The notes under the pieces: model-generated
Databases searched by the model: none
Seen by the model: only the letters and a program-made list of their open reading frames with translations
What the model was told of the DNA's origin: nothing
Shown here: piece by piece, positions 41,401 to 56,795 of the stretch
Layout: every line of letters begins with the position of its first letter
How positions within the stretch are numbered: the first letter of the stretch is position 1
NCBI RefSeq assembly: GCF_009914755.1
Contig: NC_060948.1
Length of the DNA: 64,000 nucleotides
DNA from: the human T2T-CHM13v2.0 reference genome, Homo sapiens
Reading direction: 5' to 3' (one strand)
Position numbers and translations under genes: made by a program

Positions 41401-44400
41401 GAAAGGAATGCAATGATTTGGCATGGAATGGAATCGAATGGCATCGAATGGAATGGAATGGAATGCAATGGAATGGAATGTATTAGAATGTAATGAACTT
41501 TAATGGAATGTACTCGAATGGATTCGACTGGAATGGAATGTTCTGGAAGTGAATGGACTCCAATGGAATGGATTCAAAAGGAATGGAATCGTACGGAATG
41601 GAATCTAATGGAATGGAATTAAATGGAAATGAATCAAATTGAATAGCACGGAATTGAATTGAATGGAATGGAATGCAATGGAATCTAATGAAACGGAAAG
41701 GAAAGGAATGGAATGGAATGGAATGGGCTGGAATGGAAAGGAATCGAAACGAATGGAATGGAATCGAAGTGAAGAGACTGGAATGGAATGCACTGGAATG
41801 GAAGGGAGTGTAATGGAAGGTTCTCGAAAAAAATGGAATCGAATGGAATGGAATTGAATGGAACGGAATAGAGTCGAATGGAATTGAATGGAATGGAATG
41901 GACTAGAGTGAAATGGAATCGAACCACAAGGAATGGACAGGAATAGAATGGTCTCGAATTGAATGGAATCGTATGGAATGGCATCAAACGGAATGGAATG
42001 GACAGCCACGGAATGGAATGCACTCGAATGCAATGGAGTCGAAACTAATGGACTGGAATAGAATGGACTAGACTGGTACGGACTCCAATGGAATGGAATC
42101 GAATGGAAGGGAATGGAACGGAAGGGAATCGAACGGAATGGACTCGAAGGGAAAAGACTGCAATGGAAAGGTCTCGAATGGAATGGAAATTAATGGAATG
42201 GAATGGAATCGAATGAAATGGAGTCAAAAGGAATGGAATCGAATGGCAAGAAATCGAATGTAATGGAATCGCCAGGAATTGATGTGAACGGAACGGAATG
42301 GAATGGAATCCAAAGGAATGGAATAGAATGGAATGGAATCGAATGGAAAGGACTCGAATGGAAATCACTCGAATAGAATGCAATTTAATAAAATAGGATC
42401 AAATGTAATGGAATGGAATGGAAAGGAATCGAAACGAAAGGAATGGAGACAGATGGAATGGAATGGAACAGAGAGCAATGGTATAGAATGGAATGGAATC
42501 ATCTGGAATGGAATTGAATTTAATGGAATAATATGAAATGGAATGGAATGGAATGGAATGGAATGCCCTTGAATTAAATGGACTGGAATGGAATGGACTC
42601 AAACAGAGTGGAATGGAAAGTGTGGAGATAGAATGGAATGAACTCCTTTGGAATGGTGTAGTATGCAATGCAATCGACTGGCAGGGAATCAAAAGGAATG
42701 TAATCGAATGGATTGGACTGGAATGCAATGGACTCGAATAGATTGGAAACGGAATGCAAAGGAATGGAATGGAATAGTATGTAATGCAATGGAAGGGAAT
42801 GGAGTGGAATAGACTAGAGTGGAATGGAATGTACTGGAAAGCAATGGACTGGAATGGAACTTTCTTGGATGGACTGGAATCAAACGGAATGGAATGCAAT
42901 GCAATCAAATGGCATGGAATAAAATAGAATGAAAGAGAATCAAATGGAATTGAATCGAATGGAATCGAATGGATTGGAAAGGAATAGAATGGAATGGAAT
43001 GGTATTGACTCAAATGGAATGGACTAGAATGGAATGGATTCGAATGGAAGGCAAAGGAAAGGAATCTATTGGAATGGACTGTAATGGAATGGAATGGAAG
43101 GGATTGGAATGGACTCGAATGGAATGGACTGCAATAGAAAGGATTCGAATGGAATGAAAAAGAATTGAATGGAATAGAACAGAATGGAATCAAATCGAAT
43201 GAAATGGAATGGAATAGAAAGGAATGGAATGAAATGGAATGGAAAGGATTCGAATGGAATGCAATCGAATGGAATGGAATCGAACGGAATGGAATAAAAT
43301 GGAAGAAAACTGGCAAGAAATGGAATCGAAATGAATGGAGTGTTATGGAACGGACTCAAAAGGAATTGAATGTAACAGAATGGAGTGGAGTGGACTCGAA
43401 TATAATGGAGTGGAATGGAATGAAATCACATGGAATGGGAACGAATGGAATGGAATGGAAAGGAATGGAATCGAATGGAAAGGAATCGAATGGAAGGTAA
43501 TGAAATTGAATCAACAGGAATGGAAGGGAATAGAATAGACTGTAATGGAATGGACTCGAATAGAATGGACACGAATGCTCAAATTAAATGGACTCGAATG
43601 GAATGGAAACGAAAGGAATGTCATCGAATGGAATTGAATCGATTGGAATGAAATCGCATAGAATGGAGTGGAATCAAATGGAATTGAATCGAAAGGAAAG
43701 GAAGCGAATGGACTGAAATGAAATGGAATGGAATTGAATGGAAAGTAATGCAATGGAATAGAATGGAACGAAATTTCACGGAATGGAATCAAACTGAATG
43801 GAATCAAATCAATGGAATCAAATCAAATGGAATGGAAAGGAATTGAATGGAGTAGATGGGATTGGATGGGATTGGAATGAAATGTACTGGAAAGGACTCG
43901 AATTTCATGAAACGGAATGGAATGAATTGGAACGGAATGGACTCGAATGGAATGGAATGTCATGGGATGGCATCAAATGGAATGGCATCAAATGGAATGG
44001 AATCGAATGCAATGGAATGCTATGGAATGGAATGGAATGCATTGGAATGGAATGTCCTCTAATGGAATGGATTCGAGTGGAATGGAATTGAATATAATGG
44101 AGTCGAATGAAATGGAATTGAAAGGAATGGGATCGAATACAATGGAATATACTGGAATGTAAGGTAATGAACTCGAATGTAATTGACTGGAATGGAATGT
44201 ACATGAATGGAATGTAATCGAATGGAAAGTAATCCAATGGAATAGAATCTAATGCAATAAAATCGACTCAGATAGAGTAGAATGTAATGGAATGGAGTGC
44301 AGTGCAATGGAATGGAATGGAATGCAATGGAATGGAATGGAATGGAATGGAATGGAATGGAATGGAATGGGATGGAATGGTATGGAATGGATAGTAATGG

Positions 44401-46111
44401 ACTGGAGTGAAATGGACTGGAAAGGAATGGACTCAAATTGAAAGGGCTCGAAAGGAATGGAGTCAAATGGAATGGTCTGGAATGGAATGAACACGAATGT
44501 AATGCAACCCAATAGAATGGAATCGAATGGCATGGAATAGAAAGAAATGGAATCGAAGAGAATGGAAACAAATGGAATGGAATTGAATGGAATGGGAACG
44601 AATGGAGTGAAATTGTATGCAGTAGAAGAGAATAGAATGGAATGCAAGCGAAAGGAAAGGAATGGATTGGAATGGAATGGAATTCATTGGAATGGAAGGG
44701 AATGTAGTGTAATGGACAGGCCTGGAATAAAGTGGAATGCTACGGTCTCGAATGGAATAAAAATGTATGGAATGGAATGCAATGAAACGGAATCGAATGT
44801 CATAGAATGTAATGGAATGCAAAAAAATGGAATCCAAAATCATTGACTGGAAAGGCTGGGTGTCGAAAGGAATTGACTCCAATGGAATGGAATCGAATGG
44901 AATGGAAGTGAATAGAATCGAACTAAATCGAATGGAATGGAATTGATAGGAACGGAATGGAAAGGAATGCAATGATTTGGCATGGAATGGAATCGAATGG
45001 CATCGAATGGAATGGAATGGAATGCAATGGAATGGAATGTATTAGAATGTAATGAACTTTAATGGAATGTACTCGAATGGATTCGACTGGAATGGAATGT
45101 TCTGGAAGTGAATGGACTCCAATGGAATGGATTCAAAAGGAATGGAATCGTACGGAATGGAATCTAATGGAATGGAATTAAATGGAAATGAATCAAATTG
45201 AATAGCACGGAATTGAATTGAATGGAATGGAATGCAATGGAATCTAATGAAACGGAAAGGAAAGGAATGGAATGGAATGGGCTGGAATGGAAAGGAATCG
45301 AAACGAATGGAATGGAATCGAACTGAAGAGACTGGAATGGAATTCACTGGAATGGAAGGGAGTGTAATGGAAGGTTCTCGAAAAAAATGGAATCGAATGG
45401 AATGGAATTGAATGGAACGGAATAGAGTCGAATGGAATTGAATGGAATGGAATGGACTAGAGTGAAGTGGAATCGAACCACAAGGAATGGACAGGAATAG
45501 AATGGTCTCGAATTGAATGGAATCGTATGGAATGGCATCAAACGGAATGGAATGGACAGCCACGGAATGGAATGCACTCGAATGCAATGGAGTCGAAACT
45601 AACGGACTGGAATAGAATGGACTCGACTGGTACGGACTCCAATGGAATGGAATCGAATGGAAGGGAATCGAACGGAAGGGAATCGAAAGGAATGGACTCG
45701 AAGGGAAAAGACTGCAATGGAAAGGTCTCGAATAGAATGGAAATTAATGGAATGGAATGGAGTCGAATGAAATGGAGTCAAAAGGAATGGAATCGAATGG
45801 CAAGAAATCGAATGTAATGGAATCGCAAGGAATTGATGTGAACGGAACGGAATGGAATGGAATCCAAAGGAATGGAATAGAATGGAATGGAATCGAATGG
45901 AAAGGACTCGAATGGAAATCACTCGAATAGAATGCAATTTAATAAAATAGGATCAAATGTAATGGAATGGAATGGAAAGGAATCGAAACGAAAGGAATGG
46001 AGACAGATGGAATGGAATGGAACAGAGAGCAATGGTATAGAATGGAATGGAATCATCTGGAATGGAATTGAATGGAATGGAATAATATGAAATGGAATGG
46101 AATGGAATGGA
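35415..46111 (+). repeat. DYZ1 units 11-13 (3574, 3574, 3549 bp)
   Basis: Anchors at 35415, 38989 and 42563; about ten shared private variants in the unit heads. Confidence 0.92.
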
Positions 46112-49100
46112 ATGCCCTTGAATTAAATGGACTGGAATGGAATGGACTCAAACAGAGTGGAATGGAAAGTGTGGAGATAGAATGGAATGAACTCCTTCGG
46201 AATGGTCTAGTAGGCAATGCAATCGACTGGCAGGGAATCAAAAGGAATGTAATCGAATGGATTGGACTGGAATGCAATGGACTCGAATAGATTGGAAACG
46301 GAATGCAAAGAATGGAATGGAATAGTATGGAATGGAATGGAAAGGAATGGAGTGGAACAGACTAGAGTGGAATGGAATGGACTGGAAAGCAATGGACTGG
46401 AATGGAACTTTCTTGAATGGACTGGAATCAAACGGAATGGAATGCAATGCAATCAAATGGCATGGAATAAAATAGAATGAAAGAGAATCAAATGGAATTG
46501 AATCGAATGGAATCGAATGGATTGGAAAGGAATAGAATGGAATGGAATGGAATTGACTCAAATGGAATGGACTAGAATGGAATGGATTCGAATGGAAGGC
46601 AAAGGAATGGAATCTATTGGAATGGACTGTAATGGAATGGAATGGAAGGGATTGGAATGGACTCGAATGGAATGGACTGCAATAGAAAGGATTCGAATGG
46701 AATGAAAAAGAATTGAATGGAATAGAACAGAATGGAATCAAATCGAATGAAATGGAATGGAATAGAAAGGAATGGAATGAAATGGAATGGAAAGGATTCG
46801 AATGGAATGCAATCGAATGGAATGGAATCGAACGGAATGGAATAAAATGGAAGAAAACTGGCAAGAAATGGAATCGAAATGAATGGAGTGTTATGGAACG
46901 GACTCAAAAGGAATTGAATGTAATAGAATGGAGTGGAGTGGACTCGAATATAATGGACTGGAATGGAATGAAATCACATGGAATGGGAACGAATGGAATG
47001 GAATGGAAAGGAATGGAATCGAATGGAAAGGAATCGAATGGAAGGGAATGAAATTGAATCAACAGGAATGGAAGGGAATAGAATAGACGGTAATGGAATG
47101 GACTCGAATAGAATGGACACGAATGCTCAAATTGAATGGACTCGAATGGAATGGAAACGAAAGGAATGTCATCGAATGGAATTGAATCGATTGGAATGAA
47201 ATCGCATAGAATGGAGTGGAATCAAATGGAATTGAATCGAAAGGAAAGGAAGCGAATGGACTGAAATGAAATGGAATGGAATTGAATGGAAAGTAATGCA
47301 ATGGAATAGAATGGAACGAAATTTCACGGAATGGAATCAAACTGAATGGAATCAAATCAATGGAATCAAATCAAATGGAATGGAAAGGAATTGAATGGAG
47401 TAGATGGGATTGGATGGGATTGGAATGAAATGTACTGGAAAGGACTCGAATTTCATGAAACGGAATGGAATGAATTGGAACGGAATGGACTCGAATGGAA
47501 TGGAATGTCATGGGATGGCATCAAATGGAATGGCATCAAATGGAATGGAATCGAATGCAATGGAATGCTATGCAATGGAATGGAATGCATTGGCATGGAA
47601 TGTCCTCTAATGGAATGGATTCGAGTGGAATGGAATTGAATATAATGGAGTCGAATGAAATGGAATTGAAAGGAATGGGATCGAATACAATGGAATATAC
47701 TGGAATGTAACGTAATGACCTCGAATGTAATTGACTGGAATGGAATGTACATGAATGGAATGTAATCGAATGGAAAGTAATCCAATGGAATAGAATCCAA
47801 TGCAATAAAATCGACTCAGATAGAGTAGAATGTAATGGAATGGAGTGCAGTGCAATGGAATGGAATGGAATGGAATGCAATGGAATGGAATGGAATGGAA
47901 TGGAATGGAATGGAATGGAATGGGATGGAATGGTATGGAATGGATAGTAATGGACTGGAGTGAAATGGACTGGAAAGGAATGGACTCAAATTGAAAGGGC
48001 TCGAAAGGAATGGAGTCAAAAGGAATGGTCTGGAATGGAATGAACACGAATGTAATGCAACCCAATAGAATGGAATCGAATGGCATGGAATATAAAGAAA
48101 TGGAATCGAAGAGAATGGAAACAAATGGAATGGAATTGAATGGAATGGGAACGAATGGAGTGAAATTGTATGCAGTAGAAGAGAATAGAATGGAATGCAA
48201 GCGAAAGGAAAGGAATGGATTGGAATGGAATGGAATTCATTGGAATGGAAGGGAATGTAGTGTAATGGACAGGCCTGGAATAAAGTGGAATGCTACGGTC
48301 TCGAATGGAATAAAAATATATGGAATGGAATGCAATGAAACGGAATCGAATGTCATAGAATGTAATGGAATGCAAAAAAATGGAATCCAAAATCATTGAC
48401 TGGAAAGGCTGGGTGTCGAAAGGAATTGACTCCAATGGAATGGAATCGAATGGAATGGAAGTGAATAGAATCGAACTAAATCGAATGGAATGGAATTGAT
48501 AGGAACGGAATGGAAAGGAATGCAATGATTTGGCATGGAATGGAATCGAATGGCATCGAATGGAATGGAATGGAATGCAATGGAATGGAATGTATTAGAA
48601 TGTAATGAACTTTAATGGAATGTACTCGAATGGATTCGACTGGAATGGAATGTTCTGGAAGTGAATGGACTCCAATGGAATGGATTCCAAAGGAATGGAA
48701 TCGTACGGAATGGAATCTAATGGAATGGAATTAAATGGAAATGAATCAAATTGAATAGCACGGAATTGAATTGAATGGAATGGAATGCAATGGAATCTAA
48801 TGAAACGGAAAGGAAAGGAATGGAATGGAATGGAATGGGCTGGAATGGAAAGGAATCGAAACGAATGGAATGGAATCGAACTGAAGAGACTGGAATGGAA
48901 TGCACTGGAATGGAAGGGAGTGTAATGGAAGGTTCTCGAAAAAAATGGAATCGAATGGAATGGAATTGAATGGAACGGAATAGAGTCGAATGGAATTGAA
49001 TGGAATGGAATGGACTAGAGTGAAATGGAATCGAACCACAAGGAATGGACAGGAATAGAATGGTCTCGAATTGAATGGAATCGTATGGAATGGCATCAAA

Positions 49101-52100
49101 CGGAATGGAATGGACAGCCACGGAATGGAATGCACTCGAATGCAATGGAGTCGAAACTAACGGACTGGAATAGAATGGACTCGACTGGTACGGACTCCAA
49201 TGGAATGGAATCGAATGGAAGGGAATCGAACGGAAGGGAATCGAACGGAATGGACTCGAAGGGAAAAGACTGCAATGGAAAGGTCTCGAATGGAATGGAA
49301 ATTAATGGAATGGAATGGAGTCGAATGAAATGGAGTCAAAAGGAATGGAATCGAATGGCAAGAAATCGAATGTAATGGAATCGCAAGGAATTGATGTGAA
49401 CGGAACGGAATGGAATGGAATCCAAAGGAATGGAATAGAATGGAATGGAATCGAATGGAAAGGACTCGAATGGAAATCACTCGAATAGAATGCAATTTAA
49501 TAAAATAGGATCAAATGTAATGGAATGGAATGGAAAGGAATCGAAACGAAAGGAATGGAGACAGATGGAATGGAATGGAACAGAGAGCAATGGTATAGAA
49601 TGGAATGGAATCATCTGGAATGGAATTGAATGGAATGGAATAATATGAAATGGAATGGAATGGAATGGAATGGAATGCCCTTGAATTAAATGGACTGGAA
49701 TGGAATGGACTCAAACAGAGTGGAATGGAAAGTGTGGAGATAGAATGGAATGAACTCCTTTGGAATGGTCTAGTAGGCAATGCAATCGACTGGCAGGGAA
49801 TCAAAACGAATGTAATCGAATGGATTGGACTGGAATGCAATGGACTCGAATAGATTGGAAACGGAATGCAAAGAATGGAATGGAATAGTATGGAATGGAA
49901 TGGAAAGGAATGGAGTGGAACAGACTAAAGTGGAATGGAATGGACTGGAAAGCAATGGACTGGAATGGAACTTTCTTGAATGGACTGGAATCAAACGGAA
50001 TGGAATGCAATGCAATCAAATGGCATGGAATAAAATAGAATGAAAGAGAATCAAATGGAATTGAATCGAATGGAATCGAATGGATTGGAAAGGAATAGAA
50101 TGGAATGGAATGGAATTGACTCAAATGGAATGGACTAGAATGGAATGGATTCGAATGGAAGGCAAAGGAATGGAATCTATTGGAATGGACTGTAATGGAA
50201 TGGAATGGAAGGGATTCGAATGGACTCGAATGGAATGGACTGCAATAGAAAGGATTCGAATGGAATGAAAAAGAATTGAATGGAATAGAACAGAATGGAA
50301 TCAAATCGAATGAAATGGAATGGAATAGAAAGGAATGGAATGAAATGGAATGGAAAGGATTCGAATGGAATGCAATCGAATGGAATGGAATCGAACGGAA
50401 TGGAATAAAATGGAAGAAAACTGGCAAGAAATGGAATCGAAATGAATGGAGTGTTATGGAACGGACTCAAAAGGAATTGAATGTAATAGAATGGAGTGGA
50501 GTGGACTCGAATATAATGGACTGGAATGGAATGAAATCACATGGAATGGGAACGAATGGAATGGAATGGAAAGGAATGGAATCGAATGGAAAGGAATCGA
50601 ATGGAAGGGAATGAAATTGAATCAACAGGAATGGAAGGGAATAGAATAGACGGTAATGGAATGGAGTCGAATAGAATGGACACGAATGCTCAAATTAAAT
50701 GAACTCGAATGGAATGGAAACGAAAGGAATGTCATCGAATGGAATTGAATCGATTGGAATGAAATGGCATAGAATGGAGTGGAATCAAATGGAATTGAAT
50801 CGAAAGGAAAGGAAGCGAATGGACTGAAATGAAATGGAATGGAATTGAATGGAAAGTAATGCAATGGAATAGAATGGAACGAAATTTCACGGAATGGAAT
50901 CAAACTGAATGGAATCAAATCAATGGAATCAAATCAAATGGAATGGAAAGGAATTGAATGGAGTAGATGGGATTGGATGGGATTGGAATGAAATGTACTG
51001 GAAAGGACTCGAATTTCATGAAACGGAATGGAATGAATTGGAACGGAATGGACTCGAATGGAATGGAATGTCATGGGATGGCATCAAATGGAATGGCATC
51101 AAATGGAATGGAATCGAATGCAATGGAATGCTATGGAATGGAATGGAATGCATTGGAATGGAATGTCCTCTAATGGAATGGATTCGAGTGGAATGGAATT
51201 GAATATAATGGAGTCGAATGAAATGGAATTGAAAGGAATGGGATCGAATACAATGGAATATACTGGAATGTAACGTAATGAACTCGAATGTAATTGACTG
51301 GAATGGAATGTACATGAATGGAATGTAATCGAATGGAAAGTAATCCAATGGAATAGAATCTAATGCAATAAAATCGACTCAGATAGAGTAGAATGTAATG
51401 GAATGGAGTGCAGTGCAATGGAATGGAATGGAATGGAATGGAATGGAATGGAATGGAATGGAATGGAATGGAATGGAATGGAATGGGATGGAATGGTATG
51501 GAATGGATAGTAATGGACTGGAGTGAAATGGACTGGAAAGGAATGGACTCAAATTGAAAGGGCTCGAAAGGAATGGAGTCAAATGGAATGGTCTGGAATG
51601 GAATGAACACGAATGTAATGCAACCCAATAGAATGGAATCGAATGGCATGGAATAGAAAGAAATGGAATCGAAGAGAATGGAAACAAATGGAATGGAATT
51701 GAATGGAATGGGAACGAATGGAGTGAAATTGTATGCAGTAGAAGAGAATAGAATGGAATGCAAGCGAAAGGAAAGGAATGGATTGGAATGGAATGGAATT
51801 CATTGGAATGGAAGGGAATGTAGTGTAATGGACAGGCCTGGAATAAAGTGGAATGCTACGGTCTCGAATGGAATAAAAATGTATGGAATGGAATGCAATG
51901 AAACGGAATCGAATGTCATAGAATGTAATGGAATGCAAAAAAATGGAATCCAAAATCATTGACTGGAAAGGCTGGGTGTCGAAAGGAATTGACTCCAATG
52001 GAATGGAATCGAATGGAATGGAAGTGAATAGAATCGAACTAAATCGAATGGAATGGAATTGATAGGAACGGAATGGAAAGGAATGCAATGATTTGGCATG

Positions 52101-55100
52101 GAATGGAATCGAATGGCATCGAATGGAATGGAATGGAATGCAATGGAATGGAATGTATTAGAATGTAATGAACTTTAATGGAATGTACTCGAATGGATTC
52201 GACTGGAATGGAATGTTCTGGAAGTGAATGGACTCCAATGGAATGGATTCAAAAGGAATGGAATCGTACGGAATGGAATCTAATGGAATGGAATTAAATG
52301 GAAATGAATCAAATTGAATAGCACGGAATTGAATTGAATGGAATGGAATGCAATGGAATCTAATGAAACGGAAAGGAAAGGAATGGAATGGAATGGAATG
52401 GGCTGGAATGGAAAGGAATCGAAACGAATGGAATGGAATCGAACTGAAGAGACTGGAATGGAATGCACTGGAATGGAAGGGAGTGTAATGGAAGGTTCTC
52501 GAAAAAAATGGAATCGAATGGAATGGAATTGAATGGAACGGAATAGAGTCGAATGGAATTGAATGGAATGGAATGGACTAGAGTGAAATGGAATCGAACC
52601 ACAAGGAATGGACAGGAATAGAATGGTCTCGAATTGAATGGAATCGTATGGAATGGCATCAAACGGAATGGAATGGACAGCCACGGAATGGAATGCACTC
52701 GAATGCAATGGAGTCAAAACTAACGGACTGGAATAGAATGGACTCGACTGGTACGGACTCCAATGGAATGGAATCGAATGGAAGGGAATCGAACGGAAGG
52801 GAATCGAACGGAATGGACTCGAAGGGAAAAGACTGCAATGGAAAGGTCTCGAATGGAATGGAAATTAATGGAATGGAATGGAGTCGAATGAAATGGAGTC
52901 AAAAGGAATGGAATCGAATGGCAAGAAATCGAATGTAATGGAATCGCAAGGAATTGATGTGAACGGAACGGAATGGAATGGAATCCAAAGGAATGGAATA
53001 GAATGGAATGGAATCGAATGGAAAGGACTCGAATGGAAATCACTCGAATAGAATGCAATTTAATAAAATAGGATCAAATGTAATGGAATGGAATGGAAAG
53101 GAATCGAAACGAAAGGAATGGAGACAGATGGAATGGAATGGAACAGAGAGCAATGGTATAGAATGGAATGGAATCATCTGGAATGGAATTGAATGGAATG
53201 GAATAATATGAAATGGAATGGAATGGAATGGAATGGAATGCCCTTGAATTAAATGGACTGGAATGGAATGGACTCAAACAGAGTGGAATGGAAAGTGTGG
53301 AGATAGAATGGAATGAACTCCTTTGGAATGGTCTAGTAGGCAATGCAATCGACTGGCAGGGAATCAAAAGGAATGTAATCGAATGGATTGGACTGGAATG
53401 CAATGGACTCGAATAGATTGGAAACGGAATGCAAAGAATGGAATGGAATAGTATGGAATGGAATGGAAAGGAATGGAGTGGAACAGACTAGAGTGGAATG
53501 GAATGGACTGGAAAGCAATGGACTGGAATGGAACTTTCTTGAATGGACTGGAATCAAACGGAATGGAATGCAATGCAATCAAATGGCATGGAATAAAATA
53601 GAATGAAAGAGAATCAAATGGAATTGAATCGAATGGAATCGAATGGATTGGAAAGGAGTAGAATGGAATGGAATGGAATTGACTCAAATGGAATGGACTA
53701 GAATGGAATGGATTCGAATGGAAGGCAAAGGAATGGAATCTATTGGAATGGACTGTAATGGAATGGAATGGAAGGGATTGGAATGGACTCGAATGGAATG
53801 GACTGCAATAGAAAGGATTCGAATGGAATGAAAAAGAATTGAATGGAATAGAACAGAATGGAATCAAATCGAATGAAATGGAATGGAATAGAAAGGAATG
53901 GAATGAAATGGAATGGAAAGGATTCGAATGGAATGCAATCGAATGGAATGGAATCGAACGGAATGGAATAAAATGGAAGAAAACTGGCAAGAAATGGAAT
54001 CGAAATGAATGGAGTGTTATGGAACGGACTCAAAAGGAATTGAATGTAATAGAATGGAGTGGAGTGGACTCGAATATAATGGACTGGAATGGAATGAAAT
54101 CACATGGAATGGGAACGAATGGAATGGAATGGAAAGGAATGGAATCGAATGGAAAGGAATCGAATGGAAGGGAATGAAATTGAATCAACAGGAATGGAAG
54201 GGAATAGAATAGACGGTAATGGAATGGACTCGAATAGAATGGACACGAATGCTCAAATTGAATGGACTCGAATGGAATGGAAACGAAAGGAATGTCATCG
54301 AATGGAATTGAATCGATTGGAATGAAATCGCATAGAATGGAGTGGAATCAAATGGAATTGAATCGAAAGGAAAGGAAGCGAATGGACTGAAATGAAATGG
54401 AATGGAATTGAATGGAAAGTAATGCAATGGAATAGAATGGAACGAAATTTCACGGAATGGAATCAAACTGAATGGAATCAAATCAATGGAATCAAATCAA
54501 ATGGAATGGAAAGGAATTGAATGGAGTAGATGGGATTGGATGGGATTGGAATGAAATGTACTGGAAAGGACTCGAATTTCATGAAACGGAATGGAATGAA
54601 TTGGAACGGAATGGACTCGAATGGAATGGAATGTCATGGGATGGCATCAAATGGAATGGCATCAAATGGAATGGAATCGAATGCAATGGAATGCTATGGA
54701 ATGGAATGGAATGCATTGGAATGGAATGTCCTCTAATGGAATGGATTCGAGTGGAATGGAATTGAATATAATGGAGTCGAATGAAATGGAATTGAAAGGA
54801 ATGGGATCGAATACAATGGAATATACTGGAATGTAACGTAATGAACTCGAATGTAATTGACTGGAATGGAATGTACATGAATGGAATGTAATCGAATGGA
54901 AAGTAATCCAATGGAATAGAATCTAATGCAATAAAATCGACTCAGATAGAGTAGAATGTAATGGAATGGAGTGCAGTGCAATGGAATGGAATGGAATGGA
55001 ATGCAATGGAATGGAATGGAATGGAATGGAATTGAATGGAATGGGATGGAATGGTATGGAATGGATAGTAATGGACTGGAGTGAAATGGACTGGAAAGGA

Positions 55101-56795
55101 ATGGACTCAAATTGAAAGGGCTCGAAAGGAATGGAGTCAAATGGAATGGTCTGGAATGGAATGAACACGAATGTAATGCAACCCAATAGAATGGAATCGA
55201 ATGGCATGGAATAGAAAGAAATGGAATCGAAGAGAATGGAAACAAATGGAATGGAATTGAATGGAATGGGAACGAATGGAGTGAAATTGTATGCAGTAGA
55301 AGAGAATAGAATGGAATGCAAGCGAAAGGAAAGGAATGGATTGGAATGGAATGGAATTCATTGGAATGGAAGGGAATGTAGTGTAATGGACAGGCCTGGA
55401 ATAAAGTGGAATGCTACGGTCTCGAATGGAATAAAAATGTATGGAATGGAATGCAATGAAACGGAATCGAATGTCATAGAATGTAATGGAATGCAAAAAA
55501 ATGGAATCCAAAATCATTGACTGGAAAGGCTGGGTGTCGAAAGGAATTGACTCCAATGGAATGGAATCGAATGGAATGGAAGTGAATAGAATCGAACTAA
55601 ATCGAATGGAATGGAATTGATAGGAACGGAATGGAAAGGAATGCAATGATTTGGCATGGAATGGAATCGAATGGCATCGAATGGAATGGAATGGAATGCA
55701 ATGGAATGGAATGTATTAGAATGTAATGAACTTTAATGGAATGTACTCGAATGGATTCGACTGGAATGGAATGTTCTGGAAGTGAATGGACTCCAATGGA
55801 ATGGATTCAAAAGGAATGGAATCGTACGGAATGGAATCTAATGGAATGCAATTAAATGGAAATGAATCAAATTGAATAGCACGGAATTGAATTGAATGGA
55901 ATGGAATGCAATGGAATCTAATGAAACGGAAAGGAAAGGAATGGAATGGAATGGAATGGGCTGGAATGGAAAGGAATCGAAACGAATGGAATGGAATCGA
56001 ACTGAAGAGACTGGAATGGAATGCACTGGAATGGAAGGGAGTGTAATGGAAGGTTCTCGAAAAAAATGGAATCGAATGGAATGCAATTGAATGGAACGGA
56101 ATAGAGTCGAATGGAATTGAATGGAATGGAATGGACTAGAGTGAAATGGAATCGAACCACAAGGAATGGACAGGAATAGAATGGTCTCGAATTGAATGGA
56201 ATCGTATGGAATGGCATCAAACGGAATGGAATGGACAGCCACGGAATGGAATGCACTCGAATGCAATGGAGTCGAAACTAACGGACTGGAATAGAATGGA
56301 ATCGACTGGTACGGACTCCAATGGAATGGAATCGAATGGAAGGGAATCGAACGGAAGGGAATCGAACGGAATGGACTCGAAGGGAAAAGACTGCAATGGA
56401 AAGGTCTCGAATGGAATGGAAATTAATGGAATGGAATGGAATCGAATGAAATGGAGTCAAAAGGAATGGAATCGAATGGCAAGAAATCGAATGTAATGGA
56501 ATCGCAAGGAATTGATGTGAACGGAACGGAATGGAATGGAATCCAAAGGAATGGAATAGAATGGAATGGAATCGAATGGAAAGGACTCGAATGGAAATCA
56601 CTCGAATAGAATGCAATTTAATAAAATAGGATCAAATGTAATGGAATGGAATGGAAAGGAATCGAAACGAAAGGAATGGAGACAGATGGAATGGAATGGA
56701 ACAGAGAGCAATGGTATAGAATGGAATGGAATCATCTGGAATGGAATTGAATGGAATGGAATGATATGAAATGGAATGGAATGGAATGGAATGGA
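46112..56795 (+). repeat. DYZ1 units 14-16 (3563, 3563, 3558 bp)
   Basis: Anchors at 46112, 49675 and 53238; share CTAGTAGGCA, GCAAAGAATGG (1-bp deletion) and GGAACAGACT. Confidence 0.92.
51420..51484 (+). repeat. Longest pure run noticed: (GGAAT)13
   Basis: In unit 15 the usual interrupting GCAAT has become GGAAT, leaving 13 perfect pentamers. Confidence 0.85.
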
